A stretch of 64,000 bases of DNA, from the NCBI GenBank assembly GCA_963767925.1, contig CAVYGB010000002.1, forward strand, positions 1,824,001-1,888,000, given 5' to 3'. A program made the position numbers and the translations under genes. The notes below the pieces were generated by a model. It worked only from the letters and a program-made list of their open reading frames with translations, searched no databases and was not told where the DNA came from. Below, in pieces: positions 10,501 to 20,598 of the stretch. The DNA comes from an uncultured delta proteobacterium (GTDB lineage Bacteria > Myxococcota_A > Polyangia > Fen-1088). Position 1 is the first letter of the stretch. The number at the start of each line of letters is the position of its first letter.

Positions 10501-11817
10501 CTACTTGCCGGTGTAGCTGACCCGCCAGATTGACTTCGAGCCGTCGTCGCTGACCAGCAGCGAGCCGTCGGGCGCGGTGGTCACGCCCACCGGGCGGCCC
10601 CAGACGTCCCCCTTGGCGGTCACGAAGCCGGTGAGGAAGTCCTCGTATTTGCCGCTGGAGGTGGTCTTGCCGTCCATCGGCACGCGGATGACCTGGTAGC
10701 CGGTGCGGGTCGCGCGGTTCCAGGAGCCGTGCTGGGCGGCGAAGATGTCGCCCCGGTAGGCGGCGGGGAACTGCTTGCCCTCGTAGAACATGAGCTGCAG
10801 CGAGGCGTTGTGCGGCTGGATGAGCACGTCGGGCACGATCACCTTGTCCTTGAGCTCGGGGTGCTTGCCGGCGTGGCGGGGGTCCTGGTTGCCGCCGATG
10901 TAGAACCAGGGCCAGCCGTAGAAGCCGCCGTCCTTGACCCGGGTGATGTATTCGGGGACCAGGTTGTCGCCGAGGCGATCCCGCTCGTTGACCGAGGTCC
11001 ACAGGTCGCCGCTGCGGGGGTGCACCGCGATGCCGACCGGGTTGCGGATGCCCGAGGCGAACACGCGCAGGCCGCTGCCGTCGGGGTTCAGCTCGAGCAC
11101 GCAGGCCCGGTGGTGCTCGTCGGGGTTGTTGTCGGTGTCGTCGTTGTTGGACTTGGACCCCACCGAGACGAACATCTTCTTGCCGTCGAGGGAGAAGGCC
11201 ACGTCGCGGGTCCAGTGGCCGCCGCCGCGCAGGCGGCCGCCGCCCGGGATCTTGTCGCTGATCAGCTCGGGCTTGCCGCGGGCGACCAGGTCCCCGCTCT
11301 TGTAGGGGAAGCGCACCACCGAGTCGGTGTTGGCCACGTAGATCCAGCTCGGCTCGCCCTTGGGCGGGTAAAACGCGATGCCGAAGGGCTGCTTGAGGCC
11401 CTCGGCGAACACCGAGGCCTGCTTGGCCTTGCCGTCGGGGCCGACCCCGCGGAACACGCGGATCTTGTCGGCGCGGCTCTCGGCCAGGAAGAAGTCACCG
11501 TTGGGGGCCGTGCGGATGAGGCGCGGGTTCTCCAGCCCGTCGGCGAACAGCTCGACCTTGAACCCCTTGGGGGCCTGGGGCCAGGCGTCCTTGGGCCGGT
11601 CGACCAGGTCGGGGCCGTTGTCGACCGATTCGGTCGCGCCCGGCGGCGGCAGGTCGCTCGCCTTGATGTGGTGGACGACGCCCGGCCGCTGCGACCGATA
11701 GTCGGAGAACGGGCTCGGCTTGTCGGCGGCGGTGGCGACGACGGCCAGCCCGGGAACCAGCAGCGCCCCGCCCGTGGCGATGGCGGCTGCCCAGGATGTG
11801 CGAAGGGTGGGTTTCAC
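10501..11817 (-). CDS. Sorbosone dehydrogenase / PQQ-dependent sugar dehydrogenase family, exported
   Basis: GIRNPVG, NERD, YGWP, HGSWNR, GRPVGV, LLVSDD; signal peptide from GTG 11817. Confidence 0.9.
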   Translation of the reverse strand: MKPTLRTSWAAAIATGGALLVPGLAVVATAADKPSPFSDYRSQRPGVVHHIKASDLPPPGATESVDNGPDLVDRPKDAWPQAPKGFKVELFADGLENPRLIRTAPNGDFFLAESRADKIRVFRGVGPDGKAKQASVFAEGLKQPFGIAFYPPKGEPSWIYVANTDSVVRFPYKSGDLVARGKPELISDKIPGGGRLRGGGHWTRDVAFSLDGKKMFVSVGSKSNNDDTDNNPDEHHRACVLELNPDGSGLRVFASGIRNPVGIAVHPRSGDLWTSVNERDRLGDNLVPEYITRVKDGGFYGWPWFYIGGNQDPRHAGKHPELKDKVIVPDVLIQPHNASLQLMFYEGKQFPAAYRGDIFAAQHGSWNRATRTGYQVIRVPMDGKTTSSGKYEDFLTGFVTAKGDVWGRPVGVTTAPDGSLLVSDDGSKSIWRVSYTGK

Positions 11818-12002
11818 AGGGCGGCATTCTAGGGCGTGTCCGTCGCGGATCGATCCTGATTTGCCGCTGTCAGTAACCGGTAAAAACCCCCGCCCGCCTG
11901 AACGCTGGCGACGGTGCCACGTCACGGGTGCGCCGGCAGGCCCGACCGACGCTGCACAGCGCAAAGAGGGGGGGCGGGGCCTGGAAAAAAAACCAGCGGC
12001 CC

Positions 12003-12029
12003 TGTCGATCTCGCCCGGGTCCATTTGAC
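12003..12029 (+). promoter_or_regulatory. ECF42-like promoter upstream of a DGPF/YciI gene
   Basis: TGTCGA-N17-TGAC; ECF42 sigma factors are known to use a TGTCGA -35 and to target DGPF genes. Confidence 0.5.
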
Positions 12030-12103
12030 GTCAAGGTGAAGGGGCGGCCCGGGAGGCCGCCCGCAACCGCGAGCCGCGAACCCCCAAACGAGGAGAAGAC
12101 GAC

Positions 12104-12454
12104 ATGAAGTTCCTGGCCATCTACCGCCCCGGCACCCCCGAGACCGATCGCCCCCCCACCCAGCAGGAGATGGACGACATGGGCAAGCTGATCGGCGACA
12201 TGACCAAGGCGGGCGTGCTGCTGGCGAGCGAGGGCTGCGCCCCCAGCGCCAAGGGGGCGCGCGTGCGCATCGAAAACGGCAAGATGACCGTCACCGACGG
12301 CCCCTTCCCCGAGACCAGGGAGCTGATCGCCGGGTTCTGCCTGATGCAGGTCCACTCCAAGGCCGAGGCCGTCGAGTGGAGCAGGCGCTTCCTGGCGGTG
12401 GTCGGCGTCGGCGAGAGTGAGATCCGCCAGATCAGCGAGTTCCCCGAGCCCTGA
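12104..12454 (+). CDS. YciI/DGPF family protein
   Basis: VTDGPFPETRELIAGF; GAGGAG RBS. Confidence 0.92.
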   Translation: MKFLAIYRPGTPETDRPPTQQEMDDMGKLIGDMTKAGVLLASEGCAPSAKGARVRIENGKMTVTDGPFPETRELIAGFCLMQVHSKAEAVEWSRRFLAVVGVGESEIRQISEFPEP

Positions 12455-12593
12455 GCGGCGTCGGCCCGCAACCCGCCCGAGCGGGCGGCCTGCGCCCGCC
12501 CCGCGGCCCCCACTGGCAAGCCGATCGTCGGTCCCCGCTGCCCGTTCGCCCTCGCCCCGCGGCCGCGGGGAGAGGGAGGGTGAGGGCCTCCGG

Positions 12594-13640
12594 CTACTGG
12601 AAGTCGGTCGACCGCCAGGGCGGCGTGACCGGCAGCGCGGCCTGCGGCTCGGCCTCGTGGGGCGGGTGGGTGTCGACCTGCTTGAACTGGAGGTTGCGCA
12701 CGACGTAGGGGCCGTCGACGCCGCTGTCGCGCACGATGAGGCCGCCAAAGCGCAGGGTGAGGGGGTGGTGGCCGGCGCCGAGGTCGACCAGCCGCTCGCG
12801 GGCGAAGGCGATCGGCCGGTCGCCGTCCGATCCGCCCCACAGCTCGGCGTAGGCCCAGTAGCTGCCCGGGCGTTCGATGAGGGCGGTGGTCTCGACCACG
12901 AGGTCGCCGCCCTTGCGCGCCACCTCGGTCCCCTCCATCTCCAGGTGTCCGCCGGGCTGGTGCAGGTAAAACTGCCCCCCCGCCGAGCGGGCGAAGGGCA
13001 CGCCCTCGAGGCGCCCGCGCGCCCGCACCAGGTAGCGGATGGCCGCCGGCGGCGGCGTCTCGACGCCCGACCCTCCCGCCACCGCCCGGGGCGCCTCGAA
13101 CCGGAAGCTGAACTCCGGCTCGGCGCCGTCGCGGAGGGTCTTCATCGGCGCGAACCGGGTGGGCGCCTGCAGCCCGGCCGCCGTGCCGATCTCGACGATC
13201 AGATCGTGCAGCGGGCGGCCCGGCGCGCGCAGCCGGGCGAACACCGTGGTGCCCGCGGGGGTCACGCGCAGGCTGGGCAGCCAGACCCGCAGCTCCGGCT
13301 GCTTTTCGACCGAGGTTGTCTCGACAACCGCCGCGGCCCGGGCCAGCGAGCCCGGCGGGAGCTGGCCCGATCGCCCCTGGTAGCGCAGCAGGTGGGGCCC
13401 GGGCCCGGCCGAGGTGGGCGGGCGCGGGGGCAGGGCCGAGGCCGGCACGCTGGCCATGTGGGGCTCGGGCCGGGGCGCGGTGGCCACGTGCAGGGCCGGG
13501 GGCCGCCCCCGCTGTCCGGCCCGCACCTCGTCGCCCCCCTGCCGGGGCGCCGTCCGGGTCGCCGCCACCGGCGGTCGATCCGAGCGGGCCAGCCACCAGA
13601 GGGCGGCGGCGATCCCGGCGGCCGCGATCAGCGCCGGCAC
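12594..13640 (-). CDS. Membrane-anchored protein with DUF4785-like Ig-fold C-terminus
   Basis: N-terminal TM segment; PGSYWAYAELW...RPIAFA...LGAGHHPLTLRFGG...SGVDGPYVVRNL. Start uncertain. Confidence 0.55.
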   Translation of the reverse strand: MPALIAAAGIAAALWWLARSDRPPVAATRTAPRQGGDEVRAGQRGRPPALHVATAPRPEPHMASVPASALPPRPPTSAGPGPHLLRYQGRSGQLPPGSLARAAAVVETTSVEKQPELRVWLPSLRVTPAGTTVFARLRAPGRPLHDLIVEIGTAAGLQAPTRFAPMKTLRDGAEPEFSFRFEAPRAVAGGSGVETPPPAAIRYLVRARGRLEGVPFARSAGGQFYLHQPGGHLEMEGTEVARKGGDLVVETTALIERPGSYWAYAELWGGSDGDRPIAFARERLVDLGAGHHPLTLRFGGLIVRDSGVDGPYVVRNLQFKQVDTHPPHEAEPQAALPVTPPWRSTDFQ

Positions 13641-13684
13641 CCGGGGGGAGGCCAGGCGCAGGCGGGCGCCTGGCGCGCGTCCGA

Positions 13685-14821
13685 TCAGTTGTCCACCCCC
13701 GGCCGGTTGCCGCCCACGTATTGGCCGAGGTAGTGCTGTCCGGCCTTGAGGGCGACGTGGTCGACGATGGGGGCGATGAGATCGTCCCAGCGCCCGTGGT
13801 TGTGGTTGTGGGTGATGTCGAGCCAGGGCTGCAGCGCCCCGCTGATCACGGGGGCGCCGTTGGGGCCCTTGCCGTTGCCGTTGGGCCGCAGCCACTGGCC
13901 GTGCCCGCTGCGCTGCTCGACCAGCCCGTCGCCGGGCACGGTCTCGAAGTTCCAGACGTCCCACTGGCAGGCCGCGCCCCAGGAGTTGGCGGCGCCACGC
14001 TTGTAGCAGAGCATCACCCAGGCCAGGCTGAGATCGCCGTCGGTCTCGCTGTCGTTGCCCGAGTCGTCCTCGGTGCTGCCGCCCGCGACGGTGTAGATGT
14101 TGGTGAGGCGGCCCTCGTCAGACAGCTCGCCCCCGGGCGCGCCGGCCGCTTCCATGTAGGCCCGGGTCATCACCGACGTGGCGGGCGTCGGGTCCTTGAT
14201 GTTGAACGCGCGGGCGATGTTGCCGGCGCCGTTGGCCAGCGCGTGGTCGGCGTCGCCGTAGAGCGAGTCGGCCGCCTGGCTGCCGGTGTGGGGCGCCTGC
14301 AGCGTGATGAGGTAGGCGGTCTTGCGCCGGACCAGGTCGTAGTCCATGCGCGGGTCGACCCAGGTGTATTCGTTGTAATAGGGCGACTGGGGCGTGCCGT
14401 TGTTGATCACGTAGCGGGCCACCACCCCGCCCATCGAGTGGGCCACCAGGATGAGCCTGCCGTCGGGGATGTTGTACTTGGTGATGAAGTCGTTCAGCGA
14501 GGCGGAGATCCGTCCGGCGGCGCGCTGGTGCCACCAGGTCTGGTCGCCGTCGTAGCCCACCCGCCAGACCTGGCAGCCGTCGGGGGCAAACCGGCGGGCC
14601 GCCTGGTAGATGAAGGAGAGGGCATCGCCCCCGCCCGGGCTCCAGTAGCCGTCCATGCCCGGCGAGGCTTGCGGGTCGTCGTCGTGGTAGTTCGACCCCG
14701 AGCCGTGGACGAAGGCCATGTAACAAGGCTGCGCCGCGCGCGCTGGCGGTGGCGCCGTGCCGATGGTCCTCCCGCCCGCCACCAGGGCCAAAAACAACCC
14801 GGCCCCTACGAGGTGCTTCAT
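13685..14821 (-). CDS. Secreted alpha/beta hydrolase (lipase-like)
   Basis: Signal peptide, FVHG, AHSMGG nucleophile elbow, PHTGS, DGLV; AGGAGG RBS. Confidence 0.85.
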   Translation of the reverse strand: MKHLVGAGLFLALVAGGRTIGTAPPPARAAQPCYMAFVHGSGSNYHDDDPQASPGMDGYWSPGGGDALSFIYQAARRFAPDGCQVWRVGYDGDQTWWHQRAAGRISASLNDFITKYNIPDGRLILVAHSMGGVVARYVINNGTPQSPYYNEYTWVDPRMDYDLVRRKTAYLITLQAPHTGSQAADSLYGDADHALANGAGNIARAFNIKDPTPATSVMTRAYMEAAGAPGGELSDEGRLTNIYTVAGGSTEDDSGNDSETDGDLSLAWVMLCYKRGAANSWGAACQWDVWNFETVPGDGLVEQRSGHGQWLRPNGNGKGPNGAPVISGALQPWLDITHNHNHGRWDDLIAPIVDHVALKAGQHYLGQYVGGNRPGVDN

Positions 14822-14885
14822 GGCGAGACCTCCTAAAACAAGCTTCACGATAGCAGCGTCGCCGCGACTTCCGGCAGCGAAAAGC

Positions 14886-14900
14886 GCGGGACGCGTGCCG
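14886..14900 (-). promoter_or_regulatory. Putative sigma-54 promoter of the hydrolase operon
   Basis: CGGCACGCGTCCCGC, i.e. GG-N10-GC with GGCACG. Confidence 0.45.
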
Positions 14901-15246
14901 ATGTCGGGAGATGCAAACTGCAAGGCCGCCCCGGCGGGGGCGCCTGCTGCGTCGCTCCCTCGAGATCGTCACCGATTCCGGGCATGCGGCCGGCGAGGTA
15001 TCGGACGTCGTATCGGACGTGTGCGCTGTGTGCAGTTGTCAGGCGATGCCCGCGGTCTGGTGTTTCTGGCCGTCCCGAGCGGCCCCCGGGTCTGGCGGGC
15101 GCTACCCCCTCGCCGGAGATGTGCGGCGCGAGCCCACAGGAGGCCGTCGTCTACCTCCGGCGGCTCGAGCGAGCCCCCGCCCCGGTCTCCGCCCGGGATC
15201 GGCGCGGGTGACAGCGGGGGCGATTGGGCCTAGGCTCGGCCCTCCG

Positions 15247-16350
15247 ATGAACCGTCGGAAGCTGCTCGCCGCCGCCGGGCTCCTCGCCCCAGTCGCCGCC
15301 GGCAGCGCCCGGGCCTCGGCCCGGGAGGCCCCCGCCGCCAGCCGGGGCGAGCCGCTCAAGATGAAGGTCGGCTGCCAGCAGGGCCCCACCACCGAGGAGC
15401 TGCTGAGCTTCTTCGCCCGCCACGGCATCCGGAACGTGTGCGGCGTGCTGGGCGACCGCCCGGGCGGCGGCGCCCTGACCGTCGAGGAGTTGGAGAAGCT
15501 GCGCGACCGTTGCGCCCGCCACGGCATCAGCCTGGATCTCGTGCGCCTGCACTTCCTCCGTCCGCGCGGCGTGGACAGCGGCAGCCGCTCGGCCATCGTG
15601 CTGGGCCAGAGCCCGGAGCGCGATCGGGACATCGAGGAGATCCAGAACAGCATCCGGAGCTGCGCGCGGGCCCGGGTGCCGGGGCTGACCTACAACCTCA
15701 CCGCCCTGGGCATGTTGCGCAACAACCCGACGGTGGGGCGCGGCGGAGCGACCTACGCCGCCTGGCGCCTGAGCCGGGAGGGCGAGCAGGCCCGGCGGCC
15801 AACCCGCGCCGGGCGGCTGCCCGCCGAGGTCTACTGGGAGCGCATCAGCTACTTCCTCGAGCGGGTGGTGCCGGTCGCCACCGAACACAAGGTCCGCCTG
15901 GCCTGCCACCCCCAGGACCCGGCAGTGCCCCTCGGCTTCCGGGGCATCGACGCCGTCCTGGGCTCGGTCGCCGGGCTCGAGCGGTTCGTGTCGATCGCCG
16001 AGAGCCCCTACCACGGCCTGAACTTCTGCCAGGGCACCGTCTCGGAGATGTTGACCGATCCGGCCCGCGAGATCTTCGACGTCATCCGCCGCTTCGGCAA
16101 GCGGAAGAAGATCTTCAACGTCCACTTCCGCAACATCAAGGGCCGGCGCGACGACTTCCAGGAGACCTTCCCCGACGAGGGCGACATCGACTTCGTCCAG
16201 GCGCTCAAGGTGTACCGCGAGGTCGGCTACGACGGCATGCTCATGCCCGACCACGTCCCCGCCCACCCCGACGACCCCAGCAAACGCCAGGCCTTCGCCT
16301 TCTGCTACGGCTACATCCGCGCCCTCCTTCAGGCCGCCGCGGCGGCCTGA
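15247..16350 (+). CDS. uxuA: Mannonate dehydratase (UxuA family) with Tat-like signal
   Basis: RLACHPQDP, GLNFCQGT, VHFRN, MPDHVP; N-terminus MNRRKLLAAAG. Confidence 0.85.
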   Translation: MNRRKLLAAAGLLAPVAAGSARASAREAPAASRGEPLKMKVGCQQGPTTEELLSFFARHGIRNVCGVLGDRPGGGALTVEELEKLRDRCARHGISLDLVRLHFLRPRGVDSGSRSAIVLGQSPERDRDIEEIQNSIRSCARARVPGLTYNLTALGMLRNNPTVGRGGATYAAWRLSREGEQARRPTRAGRLPAEVYWERISYFLERVVPVATEHKVRLACHPQDPAVPLGFRGIDAVLGSVAGLERFVSIAESPYHGLNFCQGTVSEMLTDPAREIFDVIRRFGKRKKIFNVHFRNIKGRRDDFQETFPDEGDIDFVQALKVYREVGYDGMLMPDHVPAHPDDPSKRQAFAFCYGYIRALLQAAAAA

Positions 16351-16531
16351 GTTGCGCTCGCAGTGCCGACGCAGGCGTCGGGGCTCCGCGAGGGCGCGGC
16401 GGAGTCGCGACCCTCCGAGCTCGTCGATCCAGGAGAGGTGAAGCCCATGCGCTCAGGGGGGCTCGCGCGCAGGGGCGGCTTCGCAGGGTGGTGCGCCCCG
16501 TTGCGTCGGGGGGCCCAAGGAACGGCCGCGC

Positions 16532-17245
16532 TCAGAGGGTGAAGCCCATGCGCTGCAGGGGGTCGCGCAGGTCGGCGGGCAGGGGCGCCTGGAAGGTCAC
16601 GCGCTCGCCGCTGCGGGGGTGGTCGAAGCTGAGGCTGACCGCGTGCAGCGCCAGCCGAGCCAGCCCGAAGCGCTCGCGGCAGCGGCGGTTGTGCTCGCTG
16701 CGCCCGTGGTTGACGTCGCCCAGCACGGGGTGGGCGATGTGCTTGAGGTGGCGCCGGATCTGGTGCAGCCGCCCCGATCGGGGCCGCGCCTCGACCAGCG
16801 CGTAGCGCGACTCGCGAAAGTCCTCCCCCGGCGCCAGCGCGACCGTGACCACCTGCAGCCGCCGAAACTCGGTGCAGGCCGGCACCCGGGGCCCGTCCTC
16901 GCGCCGGGGAATCGGCTGATCGATGACCCCCGCCTCGGGCGGCGCCCCCCGCACCGCCACCAGGTACCGCTTGTCGGCCGCCCCCTGCTCGAGCTGCGCC
17001 TGCAAGCTCGCCGTCGCCTCCGCCGATCGGGCCAGCACCAGCACCCCGCTGGCCCCCCGGTCCAGCCGGTGCACCGGATGCAACGTCCCCCCCTCCCCCC
17101 GCCGCACGAGCTGCACCACCGTCACCCGATCCGGCGCCAGCCCCGTCGGATGCACCAGCAACCCCGCCGGCTTGCCCACCACAACCAGGTCCTCATCCCG
17201 GTAAAGCACGACAACCTCCCCCGCAACCTCCTCGTCTGCTGCCAC
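16532..17245 (-). CDS. RluA/TruC family pseudouridine synthase
   Basis: KPAGLLVH, HRLDRGASG, GRLHQIRRH. Confidence 0.93.
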   Translation of the reverse strand: MAADEEVAGEVVVLYRDEDLVVVGKPAGLLVHPTGLAPDRVTVVQLVRRGEGGTLHPVHRLDRGASGVLVLARSAEATASLQAQLEQGAADKRYLVAVRGAPPEAGVIDQPIPRREDGPRVPACTEFRRLQVVTVALAPGEDFRESRYALVEARPRSGRLHQIRRHLKHIAHPVLGDVNHGRSEHNRRCRERFGLARLALHAVSLSFDHPRSGERVTFQAPLPADLRDPLQRMGFTL

Positions 17246-17260
17246 CCACCGACCTTACCA

Positions 17261-17410
17261 CCCCCGCCCGCGCCGCCCCGGCTCGCCCCGCCCGCGCCGC
17301 CCCGACTCGCCCCGCCCGCGCCGCCCCGACTCGCCCCGCCCGCGCCGCCCCGACTCGCCCCGCCCGCGCCGCCCCGACGCGCCCCGCCCGCGCCGCCCCG
17401 ACTCGCCCCG
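17261..17410. repeat. 24-bp tandem repeat, about 6 copies
   Basis: Unit GCCCCGCCCGCGCCGCCCCGACTC. Confidence 0.9.
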
Positions 17411-17905
17411 GCACGCGCGAGCCCCTCTCCTCGGGGGCAATAGCCCTCTTACCCTCTCCCCGCGGTCTGCCGTGGGGAGAGGGCAGGGTGAGGGGCGGTT
17501 GCCGGCCCGGGGCGCCCGCCCCCGATGGGGCGCCGACCGCCTCCGCCCGGTAGCCGGAGACGCCCGGCTCCCATCCGTCGCCATCGCACCAGGACGTCCA
17601 ACCCAGACGAAATGCGCCCGACGTTGGCGCTCCAACTTGAATAGGGCATTAGCAGCGCAGCCGGGCGCCCCCTGACCTGCGAAGGCTGATCATGCGCAGT
17701 CGCAGGCGAACGGCATCGCTGTACCCGACTGACTCGTCACCGCCTCGCGCAGCGCCACGCCCGCAAGGCACCGTGAAGAAGAACCCTTCGCGAGCACGGG
17801 CCGCAGGTCGTGGTCCGAGCGCGGCGCGACCGGGCGGCCTGGGCCGAGCCGCTCGCCTCCAGGAGGGGGAGATGGACGGGCAGGGCTCCCCGGCGCTGCC
17901 GGCGC

Positions 17906-18856
17906 TCAGCCGCCGCGCTGGGAGCGGAGCTCGCCGCAGAGGCTCTTGATGGAGGAGCGGTCGGCGGGGCTCACCTGGATGGGGGCCCGGCCCTGGCGGC
18001 TCAAGGTGAAGGCCAGCGTGCGGCGCGCACCCGGCTTGGCGTCGCCGCGGAGGATCGACTGGAAGGACGCGGTCAGGCCCCGCTGGATGTCGGCCACCTC
18101 GGCGCCGCCGAAGGCCGCGCGCAGGGCGGCGGTGCGGTCGGCCGGGGTGCTGGCGATCGAGCTGTGGGCGATGAGGCGCTGCAGGCGGTCCACGACCCCC
18201 GGACCGGGGTCGCCGAGGAGCTGCCGCACGAGCATCCAGGCGGTCATGTACACGGCGCGCGCGTCCGATCCGAAGAAGTCGCCGCTGCCCGAGGTCAGCA
18301 GGCGGTCGATCGGAATCGGGTCCTCGAAGTACACCCAGCTCGGCACCACGTTGGCCGAGTCGAAGGCCACCTGGCGGTCGCGGATCTCGAGGGCGGCGAC
18401 GTATTCGGCGAAGCCCTCGTGCAGCCAGCGGGGCACCTTCTCGTTCACCGCGTGCAGCAGGCGGTGGGCCAGCTCGTGGGCCGCGGTGGCCTCGGCGGCG
18501 GCCATGTCCTCGCCGTCGGCGGACAGCACGAGCAGGCCGTCCTCGAAGGACGAGGCGCGCAGGGTGAGGAACCCGAGCAGGTTGCCCGGCGCCACCCCCT
18601 CGAAGTCCTCCTGCTTGGCGAACAGCAGCACGTCGATGGGCGGCACGCGCACACCCTGGAAGAAGGTGCCCGAGAGCGCCTCGTAGACGTCCTCGAGGTG
18701 GTCGATCACCCGCTGGTAGCGGCCGGCCGGCGCGTCGGTCCGCACCACGAAGTGCGGGCTGACGACCACCTTCCACTGCTCGACCGGGTTCTCCCAGGGC
18801 TTGTGACCACAACCAACTCCCACGAGCACCGACAGCATCAGCAGAGGGGCGCGCAT
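17906..18856 (-). CDS. Lipoprotein with gluzincin-type metallopeptidase (DUF1570-like) domain
   Basis: Lipobox VGVGC; AHELAH...PRWLHEGFAEY. Confidence 0.8.
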   Translation of the reverse strand: MRAPLLMLSVLVGVGCGHKPWENPVEQWKVVVSPHFVVRTDAPAGRYQRVIDHLEDVYEALSGTFFQGVRVPPIDVLLFAKQEDFEGVAPGNLLGFLTLRASSFEDGLLVLSADGEDMAAAEATAAHELAHRLLHAVNEKVPRWLHEGFAEYVAALEIRDRQVAFDSANVVPSWVYFEDPIPIDRLLTSGSGDFFGSDARAVYMTAWMLVRQLLGDPGPGVVDRLQRLIAHSSIASTPADRTAALRAAFGGAEVADIQRGLTASFQSILRGDAKPGARRTLAFTLSRQGRAPIQVSPADRSSIKSLCGELRSQRGG

Positions 18857-19157
18857 CCTCTACAAGTGTATAAAGGTAGTATGATGGGTTACAAGTATTA
18901 CCGCGTCAGACATTGAGACTACCGACAGGTCCAGCCCCCGCCCGGCCCTGGCGATCGCGGGTCAACTCCCGGAAACCAGAGGCGAAGCCGGGCACCCGCC
19001 GATTGCTTGGTGCCGGCGAGCACCCGCCCCGCTGGCGCTGACGCCCGCGCCCGGTCGCTTCGCTCCGCGCTCACGCCCTCGGCCGGCAGGCCGACCGTTG
19101 TCGCGGGGTGCCGGCCACCCCAGCCGACCACCTGACGAACGAGCCGAGCGCGGTCGC

Positions 19158-19306
19158 GTCGTGGAGTCGCTGTCGTGGAGTCGCTGTCGTGGAGTCGCTG
19201 TCGTGGAGTCGCTGTCGTGGAGTCGCTGTCGTGGAGTCGCTGTCGTGGAGTCGCTGTCGTGGAGTCGCTGTCGTGGAGTCGCTGTCGTGGAGTCGCTGTC
19301 GTGGAG
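19158..19306. repeat. 14-bp perfect tandem repeat, 10 copies plus a partial
   Basis: Unit GTCGTGGAGTCGCT. Confidence 0.97.
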
Positions 19307-19509
19307 GTGGCGATGGTGGAATCAGCCCCTCGGGCGCGGCCGTCGGGCAGGTGACGTGTGGAAGAGCGGGAGTCGCGCGGACTCGTGGGCGGAGCTCGGG
19401 CGCCTCCGGAAAGGGGGGCGGAGAGGAGGGTGGGCCGCGGTGCCGTGGGATCCGGCGGCGCGGGCGGCGTCCGCTCGGTCACGGACGCGACCGGCGAGAG
19501 CGGTCAGGC

Positions 19510-19899
19510 GCGATCTTGAAAATGGCGTTTGTTGCGAGGGGGCGAGGCCGCCGCCGTGAGAGAGCGATGGGCGTGTTGGGCTGGTGGGTGCGGTTTCGGC
19601 GCCGTCGGGAAGAGTGGTCGCTCGGGACAGGAGGGTTGGTTCAGGCGCTGCCGTAGACGGGGGAGGATGGTGCCGCTGGTGAGGAGGTTTTCCGGGGAGA
19701 CGAGTGCGATCTTGAAAATGGCGGTTGTTGCGGGAGGCGGGCGGCCGCCGCCGTGAGGAGCGGTGGGCGTGTTGGCCTGGTGGGCGCGGTTCGGCGCCGT
19801 CGGGGGAGAGGGGTCGCGCGGGACAGGAGGGTTGGTTCAGGCGCTGCCGTAGACGGGGAGGATGGTGCCGCTGGTGAGGAGGTTTTCCGGGGAGACGAG
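19510..19899. repeat. ~196-bp tandem duplication including the 3' end of the SDR gene
   Basis: Copies at 19510-19704 and 19706-19899 both start GCGATCTTGAAAATGGCG and end GGTTTTCCGGGGAGACGAG. Confidence 0.9.
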
Positions 19900-20529
19900 C
19901 CAGACAATCGTGCGGGCGATCTGGTCGGGCCGGGGCCAGCGGTCGTGCGAGGCCTTCGGCATGGCGGCCCGGTTGGCGGCGGTGTCGATGGTCGAGGGGG
20001 CGATGGCGTTGACCAGGATGCCGTCGGCTTTCACCTCCTCGGCGAGCGCGGCGGTCAGCAGATTGACGCCGGCCTTGGACACGGCGTACGCGATCGAGCC
20101 GCCCGCCGGGACGAGGGCAGCCCGCGAGGTGACGTTCACGATGCGGCCGCCCGCGCCCGGGGTGCGGCGCAGGTTGCGGACCGCCTCCCGGCTGCAGAGG
20201 AAGGTGGTGACCAGGTTCATGTCGAGCTGCTGCCGCAGGTCACTCAGCCCGGTCTCGAGGATGGGGCTACCGGCGTACCCGCCCGCCAGGTGGACCGATC
20301 CCCACAGCGGCGGCAGGCCCGCGTAGTAGCCGGTCACCGAGCCCTCGTCGGTCAGATCGACCCCCGCGGTGACGACCACCTCCGCCCCCGGCGCCGCTCC
20401 CGCCCCGCCGGCACGCACCGGCAGGTGGCAGCGCGCCCCCGCCGCCACCAGCGCCTCCACGACCGCGCCCCCCAGCCCACCCCGACCTCCGGTCACGACG
20501 ATGTCTCGACCCTGCAGCAAAAGTCCCAT
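19837..20529 (-). CDS. SDR family NAD(P)-dependent oxidoreductase
   Basis: [20 protein letters not shown]. Confidence 0.95.
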   Translation of the reverse strand: MGLLLQGRDIVVTGGRGGLGGAVVEALVAAGARCHLPVRAGGAGAAPGAEVVVTAGVDLTDEGSVTGYYAGLPPLWGSVHLAGGYAGSPILETGLSDLRQQLDMNLVTTFLCSREAVRNLRRTPGAGGRIVNVTSRAALVPAGGSIAYAVSKAGVNLLTAALAEEVKADGILVNAIAPSTIDTAANRAAMPKASHDRWPRPDQIARTIVWLVSPENLLTSGTILPVYGSA

Positions 20530-20598
20530 CCCCCGACTCTACCCCCCCCCGCCCCCGCCACGCAGCGCCTGCTCACGGCAAAGTCCCGCGCTCCTCTG

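Noticed and set aside
19510..19899. DGR template/variable repeat pair
   Set aside because: Differences include indels and all base types and fall in non-coding sequence.
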